64,000 nt of DNA, taken from assembly GCF_013149785.1 (NCBI RefSeq), contig NZ_JABEZU010000001.1, positions 1,178,001-1,242,000 on the forward strand, given 5' to 3'. The notes below the pieces were generated by a model that worked only from the letters and a program-made list of their open reading frames with translations, searched no databases and was not told the origin of the DNA. A program made the position numbers and the translations under genes. This DNA is from Isoptericola halotolerans. Lineage in GTDB: Bacteria > Actinomycetota > Actinomycetes > Actinomycetales > Cellulomonadaceae. Shown piece after piece: positions 40,899 through 49,461 of the stretch. The first letter of the stretch is position 1; every line of letters starts with the position of its first letter.

Positions 40899-41288
40899 GT
40901 GAGCGTGGACGGGGCGGTCGGTGAACGAGGCTCCGCCGTCGCGGAGTTCGCGCTGGTCTCGGCGTTGCTCGTGGCGTTGTTCCTGGGTGTCGTCCAGGTG
41001 ACGCTCGCACTGCACGTCCGGGCACTGACCATCGACGCCGCCGCCGAGGGCGCGCGGGTCGCCGCCCGCGCCGACCGCGACCTGTCGTCGGGGGCGCAGC
41101 GCACCCGCGACCTGCTCACCGCGTCGCTCGGAGCGAGGTATGCCCGCGACGTCGCGGCTCGCGATGTGGTCCGCGACGGGCTGGCCGTGGTCGAGGTGAG
41201 CGTGCGGGCCCCGCTGCCGGTGGTGGGAGTGCTCGGTCCCTCGGGTGTGATGACGGTGAGCGGGCATGCCCTGGACGAGACCCCATGA
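40899..41288 (+). CDS. TadE-like minor pilin
   Basis: ERG/SAVAEF, AAAEGAR. Confidence 0.82.
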   Translation: MSVDGAVGERGSAVAEFALVSALLVALFLGVVQVTLALHVRALTIDAAAEGARVAARADRDLSSGAQRTRDLLTASLGARYARDVAARDVVRDGLAVVEVSVRAPLPVVGVLGPSGVMTVSGHALDETP

Positions 41289-41746
41289 GCGTCTCGAGCG
41301 AGCCGCGCGCCGCGGACTCCGAGGAGGGCGCAGCGGTCGTGGAGTTTCTCGGGGTGAGCGTGCTGCTGCTCGTACCGCTGGTGTACCTGGTGGTGACGCT
41401 CTCCCAGGTCCACGCGGCGGCGTTCGCCGTCGAGGGGGCGGCGCGCGAGGCGGCGCGTGCGATGGTCACGGCGGACTCGTCGGCCGCCGGGGCCGCCCGT
41501 GCGGCAGCGGCGACCCGTATCGCCCTAGGGGACCAGGGCTTCGACGTCGACGGCGCCGACCTGCTGACCCTGGAGTGCTCGGCCGACCCGTGCCTCACCC
41601 CGGGGGCGACGATCGGTGTGTCGGTGCGCTACGAGGTGCCGCTGCCCCTGGTGCCGCCGGGCCTGCGTGGATGGGTGCCGCTCGGGGTGCCGGTGGAGTC
41701 GGCGCACGTGGCGTCGGTCGAGGATCACGCGGCGGTGCGACCGTGA
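41285..41746 (+). CDS. TadE-like minor pilin
   Basis: EEG/AAVVEF, AAREAAR; ATGA overlap. Confidence 0.82.
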   Translation: MSVSSEPRAADSEEGAAVVEFLGVSVLLLVPLVYLVVTLSQVHAAAFAVEGAAREAARAMVTADSSAAGAARAAAATRIALGDQGFDVDGADLLTLECSADPCLTPGATIGVSVRYEVPLPLVPPGLRGWVPLGVPVESAHVASVEDHAAVRP

Positions 41747-42192
41747 CGGCGCGGGAGAACGGGCGGATCATGCTGCTCACCGCCGGGTTCGTCGCCGTGG
41801 GACTGATGCTGGTCGGCATGGTGGCCTCGGCGGCGGCCGTTCACCTGGACCGCAAGCATCTGTTCGACCTCGCGGACTCCCTGGCGCTCGCGGGGGCGGA
41901 CTCGATGAGTGCCGCGACCTACTACGCGCCGGGCGCGGCGGGTCCACAGGGAACCCTTGTGCTCTCCGACGCCGACGTCCGCCGGGCCGTGGGCGAGCAC
42001 CTGGCGAGGCAGCCTCCGACGACGGCGCCGGGCCTGCGGGACGTGCAGGTCGTCGAAGCCGTCAGCCCGGACGGGCGAGGTGCCAGGGTGAGCCTGGCCG
42101 CGAGATCGCACCCGCCGCTGGTGCGCTGGTTCACCGACGCGTTCGGCGGCGGCATCGCCGTCACCGCGACGGCGTCGGCCCGCGCCGGGTAG
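41743..42192 (+). CDS. TadG-like pilus protein
   Basis: ENG/RIMLL, LADSLALAGAD; GTGA overlap. Confidence 0.75.
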   Translation: MTARENGRIMLLTAGFVAVGLMLVGMVASAAAVHLDRKHLFDLADSLALAGADSMSAATYYAPGAAGPQGTLVLSDADVRRAVGEHLARQPPTTAPGLRDVQVVEAVSPDGRGARVSLAARSHPPLVRWFTDAFGGGIAVTATASARAG

Positions 42193-42205
42193 GAGCGCCG
42201 ACCGG

Positions 42206-43429
42206 TCAGAGCGTGTCGTTCGCGCCCGGTGCATGCCCGGCGCGGACGGCACGACGTCTGCCAGCCCGCTCGGCGAAGTCGTCCAGGGCGTGCAGGATCT
42301 CCAGCGCGGACCAGGTGATGCCGTGGCGGTGGACCTTGGTCTCGGTGACGATTCCGGCTTCGGCGAGGGCGTCCATGTGGCGCCGCACGTGCCCACGGGC
42401 GATGCCGAGCTCCGCGGCGAGCACGCCGGCGTCGATCACGGGTTGGCGCGTCAGCAGATCAGCGACGTCATAGGTCCGGCTTCCGCGACGGACCGTGATG
42501 CGGTCGTTCCATGACTGACGGATCGCGCGAACGTCCTCGACGAGTGTCCGTCCGTTCTCGATCGCGCGGTGCGTGGAGGAGCTGAACATCTTCAGGAGGT
42601 CCTCGGGGTGGCCTTCGCGGTAGGCGTCGAGTGCTCGGTAGTACGCCTCGACCTGCGCGAGAAGGCCCGCCGACAGCGGCATCGTCACGTTCCGGGTGAG
42701 TCCACGAGAGTGCAGCATCGACTGGACGAGGGCGCGTCCGGTCCGCCCGTTGCCGTCGGTGAACGGGTGGATCGTCTCGAACTGGGCGTGCGCGATGGCG
42801 ATGTGGGCGAGGGCCGGGACGTCTCTGCGCTGGATGAAGCCGACCAGGTCGTCGATCGCCGCCGGCACGTGGTCGTGATGTGGCGGGACGAAGTCCGCCC
42901 CCGCTGGCGAGTAGTCCGGGCCGCCGATCCAGACCTGCTCTCGTCGCCAGCGGCCGGCCTCGTCGGGGTCGTGACGGGCCATGAGGGCATGGTGCATCGT
43001 CAATATCGCTTCGGGACTCATCGTCTCCGCCATGTCCAGCGCCGCCTTCATCGCGGTCGTGTTGGCGACGATCTGCGGTGCGTCGGAGCCGTCCTCGACG
43101 GGGCCGAGCTCGGCCAGGGCGATCTGTCGTGCCGACGCTGTCAGGCGTTCGATCTTCGATGACGCTGCTGATTCGCTGCGCAGCAGCACTGCGGTGAACG
43201 GGGCGAGCTCGCCACCCAGTTCGGCGTCGAACCGGCTCATCTCGTGTACAGCGTGCTCGGCCTCGGCGATGAGTTCCGGTGGCATGGCGACAGGCTGCTC
43301 CGCTATCACCGGCACGAGGGCGGCCTCATAGCGTCGTACCGGCATGGGCCGGCCTGGCTCGGTGCGTGCAGACTGCCACTCTCGCGTCTCTGTGCCGACG
43401 GGCGGCCATGACAACTGGTAGCCAGACAC
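42206..43429 (-). CDS. Fic-family protein with probable C-terminal HTH
   Basis: HPFTDGNGRTGR catalytic motif; ESAASSKIE internal inhibitory-helix-like motif. Confidence 0.9.
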   Translation of the reverse strand: MSGYQLSWPPVGTETREWQSARTEPGRPMPVRRYEAALVPVIAEQPVAMPPELIAEAEHAVHEMSRFDAELGGELAPFTAVLLRSESAASSKIERLTASARQIALAELGPVEDGSDAPQIVANTTAMKAALDMAETMSPEAILTMHHALMARHDPDEAGRWRREQVWIGGPDYSPAGADFVPPHHDHVPAAIDDLVGFIQRRDVPALAHIAIAHAQFETIHPFTDGNGRTGRALVQSMLHSRGLTRNVTMPLSAGLLAQVEAYYRALDAYREGHPEDLLKMFSSSTHRAIENGRTLVEDVRAIRQSWNDRITVRRGSRTYDVADLLTRQPVIDAGVLAAELGIARGHVRRHMDALAEAGIVTETKVHRHGITWSALEILHALDDFAERAGRRRAVRAGHAPGANDTL

Positions 43430-43438
43430 GTCCCAATG

Positions 43439-43463
43439 TTACCAGTTAGTGCTTAACTGGTAA
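43439..43463. promoter_or_regulatory. Perfect 10-bp inverted repeat over the fic promoter
   Basis: TTACCAGTTA-gtgct-TAACTGGTAA. Confidence 0.7.
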
Positions 43464-43535
43464 TTCTACTCTCCGGTGAGAACCACTTGGCGCGCGGGGA
43501 CGCCGATGATGCCCCGCGCACCGCGCCGCCTCATC

Positions 43536-44063
43536 TCAGCGCCCCGCCCGGGTGAACAGCCCCGGGTAGTCGACGACGAGCCCGTCGTCGTCCACCGCGA
43601 TCTCGCGCCGGAAGTCGCTGTCGCGGGACTCGTACAGATATCGCTCGGCGGCGAGGCGGGTGTATCGCTGCGGGTCGATCGTGACCGTGAACGACTCGGG
43701 GTCCACGTACGCCGTCACGATGGCAGCCGACTCGCCGACCGCCAGGTCGAGCCGGCGGATCGGCAGGGTGTTGGTGAACGGGCTGAAGGCCAGGTCGATG
43801 TCCACGGCCCCGGCGAGGTCGGGGCGGGCCGACCCGTCCGCCCGCCACTGGCCGTCGTCATGCGCGAGCTCCAGGGTGCGCCCGTCCGACGACCGGAGGC
43901 TCAGTGCGGCGAAGGTCCACGAGGCATCGAGCTCGACGGCGTACTCGAGCTGCTCGTGCCCGAGGCTCACGATCGACCGCGCTCGACAGCGGCCGTCGTG
44001 CATCGTGAGGTCGAGCTGCTCGGTGCTGTCAGCGGCGGTGCCGTGCCACACGACCGTCACCAT
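43536..44063 (-). CDS. Putative glycolipid-binding domain protein
   Basis: DIDLAFSPFTNTLPIRRL, QRYT, VDDDGLVVDYPGLF. Confidence 0.83.
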   Translation of the reverse strand: MVTVVWHGTAADSTEQLDLTMHDGRCRARSIVSLGHEQLEYAVELDASWTFAALSLRSSDGRTLELAHDDGQWRADGSARPDLAGAVDIDLAFSPFTNTLPIRRLDLAVGESAAIVTAYVDPESFTVTIDPQRYTRLAAERYLYESRDSDFRREIAVDDDGLVVDYPGLFTRAGR

Positions 44064-44128
44064 GGGCCGTCACTCCTTCCTCGTCCCGTCCACGGTCGCA
44101 GGGCTCGCGTCCTCCCGCACGGCGCCGG

Positions 44129-44506
44129 TCAGGCCGTCGGTTCGCGCAGGATGTGCGGCACTCCGGCGGGGTTGCAGATCCAGTGCGCGCGGGGCGGCAG
44201 CGGCTCGAGCTCGTCGCGGGTGGGCGTGCCGTGCTGGGCGAGGTGCTCGACCGCGGCGTCGACGTCGTCGGTGCGGAGGTCGAGCCAGAGGTCGTGGTGG
44301 GTGGCGCTGTCGACCTGGTCGAGCCACAGCGTGCAGGGGCCGAACTGGACGCGTGCCGTCCGGCTGACCTGCTCGCCGGGGGTGTCGGGCTCGATCTCGA
44401 CGTCGAGGCCGAGGGTGTCGCGGTAGAACGCGAGGGTGTCGTCGTAGCGGTCGGACGGGATCTTCATCGCGATGTTGACGCCACCGCGGAACGTGGGCGT
44501 GGACAT
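44129..44506 (-). CDS. VOC/glyoxalase-like protein
   Basis: NIAMKIP, FYRDTLGL, DVDAA, HWICNPAG; AGGAGG RBS. Confidence 0.78.
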   Translation of the reverse strand: MSTPTFRGGVNIAMKIPSDRYDDTLAFYRDTLGLDVEIEPDTPGEQVSRTARVQFGPCTLWLDQVDSATHHDLWLDLRTDDVDAAVEHLAQHGTPTRDELEPLPPRAHWICNPAGVPHILREPTA

Positions 44507-44526
44507 GAGACCTCCTGTGGTCGTTG

Positions 44527-44575
44527 TGCAAGCAACGTATTGCACATCTGGACCATGTGCAATAGTTTGCTTGCA
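44527..44575. promoter_or_regulatory. Double operator (probable ArsR sites) between divergent genes
   Basis: 21-bp arms (19/21 identical as an inverted repeat), each containing TGCAA-N8-TTGCA. Confidence 0.75.
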
Positions 44576-45045
44576 TGAAGACCTCGACCGACCGCATCGA
44601 GCGCGAGACCGAGATCGCTGCGCCCCGCGCACGGGTCTGGGAGCTCGTCACCGCACCGGGCTGGTGGATCAACGACGGCGAGCTCACCGAGCACCGGATC
44701 GAGCCCGACGGCCCAGGCCGCGTGGTCGTGCACGACCCGGTGCACGGTGCCTTCGCGGTCCGGACGGTGGCCGAGGACCCTCAGGAGTACGTCGCCTTCC
44801 GTTGGTACAGCGGCGACAGCGATGCCCGACGCCGGGCCGCGCTCGACGCGGCGAGCTCGACCCTCGTCGAGTTCCACGTCACGGCCGTCTCGGCGGCGAC
44901 GACCCGCCTGCGCGTCGTGGAGTCCGGCTTCGACGCGCTCGACGAGGACGCCTCCGCCCGGCGGGCCATGCTCGACGCGAACACCGAGGGGTGGGTGGTC
45001 GAGCTCGACCTGGCTCGCAGCGGTGCCGAGGGCGGTGCGCCGTGA
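44575..45045 (+). CDS. SRPBCC/AHSA1 domain protein
   Basis: IERETEIAAPRARVW, FRW, TLVEF, VVESGF, NTEGW. Confidence 0.85.
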   Translation: MKTSTDRIERETEIAAPRARVWELVTAPGWWINDGELTEHRIEPDGPGRVVVHDPVHGAFAVRTVAEDPQEYVAFRWYSGDSDARRRAALDAASSTLVEFHVTAVSAATTRLRVVESGFDALDEDASARRAMLDANTEGWVVELDLARSGAEGGAP

Positions 45046-45359
45046 CGACGGCGGTCGTCCAGGTCTGCTCGGCGCTCGGTGACGAGACCCGCTGGCAGAT
45101 CCTGCAGATGCTGGGGGAGCAGCCGCGCTCCGCCTCGGCCCTGGCCGGTGAGCTGCCGATCAGTCGCCAGGCCATCGCGCAGCACGTCGAGGTGCTCATC
45201 GGCGCCGGGCTCGTCGAGCGTCGCCGGCATGGTCGTGAGGTGCGGTACGTGCCGGTCGGCGCCGCGCTCAGCGCCGCCGTCGAGCAGCTCCAGGCTGCCG
45301 CCGCCGGCTGGGACCGTCGGCTGGAGATGCTCAAGCGGCGCGCCGAGGGGCCTCGATAG
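45042..45359 (+). CDS. ArsR/SmtB-family regulator
   Basis: ALGDETRWQIL, ISRQAIAQHVEVL, GREVRY; GTGA overlap. Confidence 0.88.
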   Translation: MTTAVVQVCSALGDETRWQILQMLGEQPRSASALAGELPISRQAIAQHVEVLIGAGLVERRRHGREVRYVPVGAALSAAVEQLQAAAAGWDRRLEMLKRRAEGPR

Positions 45360-45552
45360 CCAAGCCTCGAGGTCGTCGGCCAAGCGACTCAACCGAGCTG
45401 GCGGGCCGGTCCGCCTCCAGAGGACGCCCCCGGGTCGGTGTCAGACCGCTCGCGGGGTCATGCCTGAACTGGCCCCTGGGTCGCCAGAGGTGGTCCTGCT
45501 GGGCGTGTCGCGCGTGGGCTGACGGTGGGTTGATTGATCGGGGGGTGTTCAG

Positions 45553-46256
45553 GTGGCGATCATCGGCGGTTGTGCTGGGCCCGGCGCCGGCGGCAAACCG
45601 CACTTCAATACGCCGTCTGGCCAGAACATCAAGCCGCCGCCCCCGCCGGAACCGATTACCGTCGAACCGCCGGTGGACCTTCCCGAACCGCCAACCGTCA
45701 GGCCAGACCCTGGCCCAGGCACGTTCACCGGAGACATCAATGACATCCCCGCGGAGGGGCTCCGATCTGGTACCAAGGTGGATCAAAGTCTGCTAGCAGC
45801 CTTGATGTCGACGCCACGACCTGACTCCTGGGTATACGAACTTGGGCCGATTGTCGGTGAATGTACAGGGCAATCGACCCTATATCGCCGCGGCTGTACC
45901 TTGAGCGACATGAGGCCCTTACGGAGGGTGCAGCCAATGCTGCAGGTGTTGTCAGCCTTGCCGCGTCGCTGGCGGCGGTGCCAACGGGCGGAGCCACCGT
46001 GCCGGTGGCCTCTGCGGCGGGATACACTTCAGCAGGCTTCTCGGCAGTTAATGGGGTTCAGAACGTTGTGCTAGGCAATAGCGGCGACGCAACCAACTCG
46101 TTCATTGCCGCGGGTGGCGGTGTCGCTACAGCCGGCTTCGGTTCTGCTGTCGACAGGGGGTTTGAGGCAATGGGTGGATCAGATGTATACTCTACTAGTT
46201 TCGTTCTAGACCTAGGTGGATGGGGAATTACAAATGGGGTGATCGCGAACCAATGA
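45553..46256 (+). pseudogene. Probable orphan polymorphic-toxin C-terminal fragment, frameshifted near 45860
   Basis: Pro-rich frame (from 45553) and Gly/Ala hydrophobic frame (45861-46256) join if one A is added in GGTGAATG; AT-richer DNA; coupled to a downstream membrane gene. Confidence 0.5.
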
Positions 46257-46678
46257 GTAAAACTGTTCCACGCAATAGTATTTTTGCCCTGTTCTGGCCG
46301 GCAGTCTGGGCCATACCAATATTCGGCTCACTAGTTGCGGTTCTTGATATGACTGAGCAACTCAAGCTAGACGGCCTGGTCGCCTTCCTGTGTGTTGCGA
46401 GCACTTGGTGTTTTCCGTTGGGGCTCGTATACTTTTTGGATCGACGAGTGGGTGTTGGCATCGCTGCAACACCCACCGCATTCGGCGTGCGGTTCTTGCT
46501 CGCTACCCTGGCAATCGTCGCGCTTGTCGGAGGCCTGCTTATATGGACGATTGCTTCCTGGCTTTGGTTTGCTTTCTTGCCGGCGCTCTTCGGGTTGTCA
46601 CTCGAAGTGTCTCGACGCATACTTGCACGAAGGTACCTGGAAGACGGTAGTGCGTGGCGAATGGGGATTGTTCGCTAA
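46253..46678 (+). CDS. Small about 4-TM protein, candidate immunity protein
   Basis: ATGA overlap with the toxin-like frame; hydrophobic; low GC. Confidence 0.6.
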   Translation: MSKTVPRNSIFALFWPAVWAIPIFGSLVAVLDMTEQLKLDGLVAFLCVASTWCFPLGLVYFLDRRVGVGIAATPTAFGVRFLLATLAIVALVGGLLIWTIASWLWFAFLPALFGLSLEVSRRILARRYLEDGSAWRMGIVR

Positions 46679-46686
46679 CTCGGGCC

Positions 46687-47685
46687 CTAGGTGTACTTCT
46701 CCGTGAGGTTGTGAGCGCGGTCTGCGGGGACGGCGCCGTCGATGCCGGTGTGGGGTCGGTGGTGGTTGTAGTGGTGCAGCCAGTCGTCGTAGGTCGCGGC
46801 GCGGGCCTGGTCGGAGTCGTAGGTAGCGGCGTAGGCCCACTCGGCGGCCAGGGTGCGGTTGAAGCGTTCGACCTTGCCGTTGGTCTGGGGCCGGTAGGGG
46901 CGGGTGCGACGGTGCTTGGCCTGGCCCAGCGCGGCGGCGAAGGCCCGAGACCGGTAGCAGGCTCCGTTGTCGGTCATCACGGCGGTGACCTCGATCCCGA
47001 GGCTGGTGAAGTAGTCACGGGCTCGGGTCCAGAACGCGGCGGCGGTCTCCTTGCGTTCGTCGTCCAGGATCTCGGAGTAGGCCAGCCGGGAGTGGTCGTC
47101 CACGGCGTGATGCACGAATCGGTAGCCGCGCGAGGGCGCGGCTCCGGTTCGGGCGGCCCGGTCGCGGACCTTCGCTGCGGCCCGGTCCTGGACCGAGCCG
47201 CGTCCGTGCATCTTCCAGCCGCCACCGTCGGGGATGCGGCCGAGCTTCTTGATGTCGACATGCACCAGGTCTCCCGGCGCTGCGGCTTCGTAGCGGCGGG
47301 CCGCTGGCCGGCGCACGGGTAGACCGGTGGCCTGGTCCAGGTGGGCCAGGCGTGGCATGCGGTAGCGGGCCAGGACCCTGCCCACCGTCGTGCGCGGAAC
47401 CCCGAGGTGGTAGCCGATGCGGTGCGGTCCCCAGCGGCGGGTGAACCGCAACGCGATGATCCGCCGCTCGAGGCGTCGCGGGCACCGCCTTGGTGTGTGG
47501 TGGGGGCGAGAGGATCGGTCGGTCAGCGGCTCACCGGCCCGGTAGCGGCGGGCCCACTTCGCCGCCGTGGCCGGCGAGCACTGGAACCGCTCCGCGGCTC
47601 GCCGCACCGACCAGCCGTCCTCGACCACGACTCGCGCGAGGCGGAGTCTGCCCGTAGGCGTCAGGGGCGCGTTAGCGTGGGTCAC
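46687..47685 (-). CDS. IS481-family transposase
   Basis: HANAPLTPTGRLRL, VHVDIKKLG, VMTDNG, PQTNGKVERFNRTL (DDE); AGGAGG RBS. Confidence 0.95.
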   Translation of the reverse strand: MTHANAPLTPTGRLRLARVVVEDGWSVRRAAERFQCSPATAAKWARRYRAGEPLTDRSSRPHHTPRRCPRRLERRIIALRFTRRWGPHRIGYHLGVPRTTVGRVLARYRMPRLAHLDQATGLPVRRPAARRYEAAAPGDLVHVDIKKLGRIPDGGGWKMHGRGSVQDRAAAKVRDRAARTGAAPSRGYRFVHHAVDDHSRLAYSEILDDERKETAAAFWTRARDYFTSLGIEVTAVMTDNGACYRSRAFAAALGQAKHRRTRPYRPQTNGKVERFNRTLAAEWAYAATYDSDQARAATYDDWLHHYNHHRPHTGIDGAVPADRAHNLTEKYT

Positions 47686-47790
47686 GAGGACCTCCTGGTA
47701 TCCGAGGTTGGTGTGGTAACCCCTTCGATACCGGAGGTCCTCGTCATCTCCCGCGCGCCACGCTGATCACAACGTCCCGAGGAAGTACAC
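46691..47790 (-). mobile_element. IS481-family insertion sequence
   Basis: Terminal IRs GTGTACTTCtccgtgagGTTGTGA / GTGTACTTCctcgggacGTTGTGA; CTAG on both flanks (46687-46690, 47791-47794). Confidence 0.93.
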
Positions 47791-48219
47791 CTAGCGGCAG
47801 CCGGGATGTTTAAGCCTGTCAAGATCTCCGACATGGCCGCAGACGGCGTGAAGGGCTTATCGAAATCGACAGATGCAGCCCGGACAACCGCCAACGGAAC
47901 AAACGCTGCCGGAAAGACAACCGCCCGAGGGAAGTTCCGGAAGGCCACCCTGCAGAACGCCTGGGACCAGGCCGAAGACGGTTCCACGGGCGGAAAACTG
48001 TGCCCTTCATGCCGAGCAGAAGTCAAGGTTCCCCCGAACTCAGGTGCTCGGCGTGATTGGGACGCTTCCCATAATCCCTCTTGGACCAATCGAACGTTTC
48101 CCGGAGATGCCTCGCGGCGTGACGTCCTCGACAACGACAACTACAACGACGGTGTATCATTGGAGTTTCCCGGTTGTAACCGTTCAGGGGGAAACAATGA
48201 TGAGCGCTTCCGGAAATAG
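47791..48219 (+). pseudogene. Orphan GH-E-like (HNH/EndoVII-fold) nuclease toxin tip, interrupted upstream by IS481
   Basis: CPSC..RDWDASH..W..SRRDVLD..YN..LE.PGCNRS; frame continues to 46654-46689 across the IS. Confidence 0.72.
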
Positions 48220-48802
48220 CAAGCCTAGCCTGGTAAGGCACCTTGAAGGCGCACTCGGCACAATTGTCAAGGGATGGACGCAAGACCCGAGTGGTAGAGA
48301 GCTGGGCTTTAGCGTCGTGCAGTTTGCGCTCGGCTCCGATGAGCGATCCATTGCGTACTCCACACTCGGGCTTAGCAAGTTTGTCCTCGGTTCGACGGTA
48401 TCGGATAAGGATATCTACCAGGAATTGCTTATCCTTGCACCACGTTCTTTATCGGAGGCGCTTCCTGCCTCGCTACTAGGGCAGGCGGGAAGCATGTTAA
48501 TTAAACAGGGTTCTTCCGTTCTTCGCGGCGAAGTTTTAGGCCCGATAGGGCCGCTGTCGCCGGGCTCAGACATGACACATTTATACGCCACAGTGCCGGT
48601 CTACTTTCCGCCTGAATTTGCAGAACTAAAGGAGGACGGAAAAGCTATTGCAATAGTCTGGCTCGTGCCAATATCCTCGCCCGAGGCCGAGTTTGTGTCG
48701 ACCCACGGGTGGAACGCTTTTGAGGATTGGCTCGAAGAGCGCGATCCTGCCCTTTCCAACTGGAGCCGGCCTGACTCAGGCCCGTTAAGACTTCATTCCT
48801 AA
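48197..48802 (+). CDS. SUFU (suppressor-of-fused)-domain immunity protein
   Basis: YSTLGLS, QELL, WLVPIS..EAEF...GW.AFE; overlaps the nuclease 3' end. Confidence 0.8.
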   Translation: MMSASGNSKPSLVRHLEGALGTIVKGWTQDPSGRELGFSVVQFALGSDERSIAYSTLGLSKFVLGSTVSDKDIYQELLILAPRSLSEALPASLLGQAGSMLIKQGSSVLRGEVLGPIGPLSPGSDMTHLYATVPVYFPPEFAELKEDGKAIAIVWLVPISSPEAEFVSTHGWNAFEDWLEERDPALSNWSRPDSGPLRLHS

Positions 48803-49095
48803 ATCTCCTTTGCAATGGTTCAGACCAGGGCTGTACCGGCTGACGCCAGTCGCAATAACTCAAACGCCGGTGCTCGCCTCGATGTAGTAGTGCGCATGTG
48901 TGGTGTGCCCGGGTTCCGCGGAGTCGGATTACTGGATTCTTGTGCCACCTGACCCTGTAGGAGGGCCTCGTGGGAGCAGGGCCCCGTGCGTGCTCACAGA
49001 CCTCGCACTTCGTGCTCGCTGGCTCGGCGGTTGAGAAGCAGGGTGGAGGTCCCGATGGCGGACCTCCGCGAGCGCCTCGCGCGATACTGGCACCC

Positions 49096-49461
49096 ATGAA
49101 CGACAAGCTTCCCGTCGACCTGGACCAGATGTTCGACCTTGCCCGCGCGGGCGAGGGGCTGCTGCTGGAGTTCGTCGACGCCGGTGTCCCTGCCGACCAT
49201 GCCGACGCCCAGGGCAACACGCTGCTCATGCTCGCCGCGTACCACGGGCACGCGGACCTGGTCCGCGGCCTGGCCGCGCGCGGCGCCGACGTGAACCGCC
49301 TCAACGGCCGCGGTCAGTCGCCGCTGGCCGGGGCGGTCTTCAAGGGGGAGCCCGCGGTGATCGAGGCCCTGGTCGAGGCCGGTGCGGACGCCGAGGCGGG
49401 GGAGCCGAGCGCGAGGGCCACGGCAGCGATGTTCGGGCGGATCCTGCCGGACGGCTCGTGA
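49096..49461 (+). CDS. Ankyrin-repeat protein
   Basis: [30 protein letters not shown]. Confidence 0.88.
   Translation: MNDKLPVDLDQMFDLARAGEGLLLEFVDAGVPADHADAQGNTLLMLAAYHGHADLVRGLAARGADVNRLNGRGQSPLAGAVFKGEPAVIEALVEAGADAEAGEPSARATAAMFGRILPDGS

Noticed and set aside
49096..49461. Ankyrin protein as a third toxin immunity gene
   Set aside because: Host-like GC and codon usage, own promoter-like hexamer, no adjacent toxin fragment
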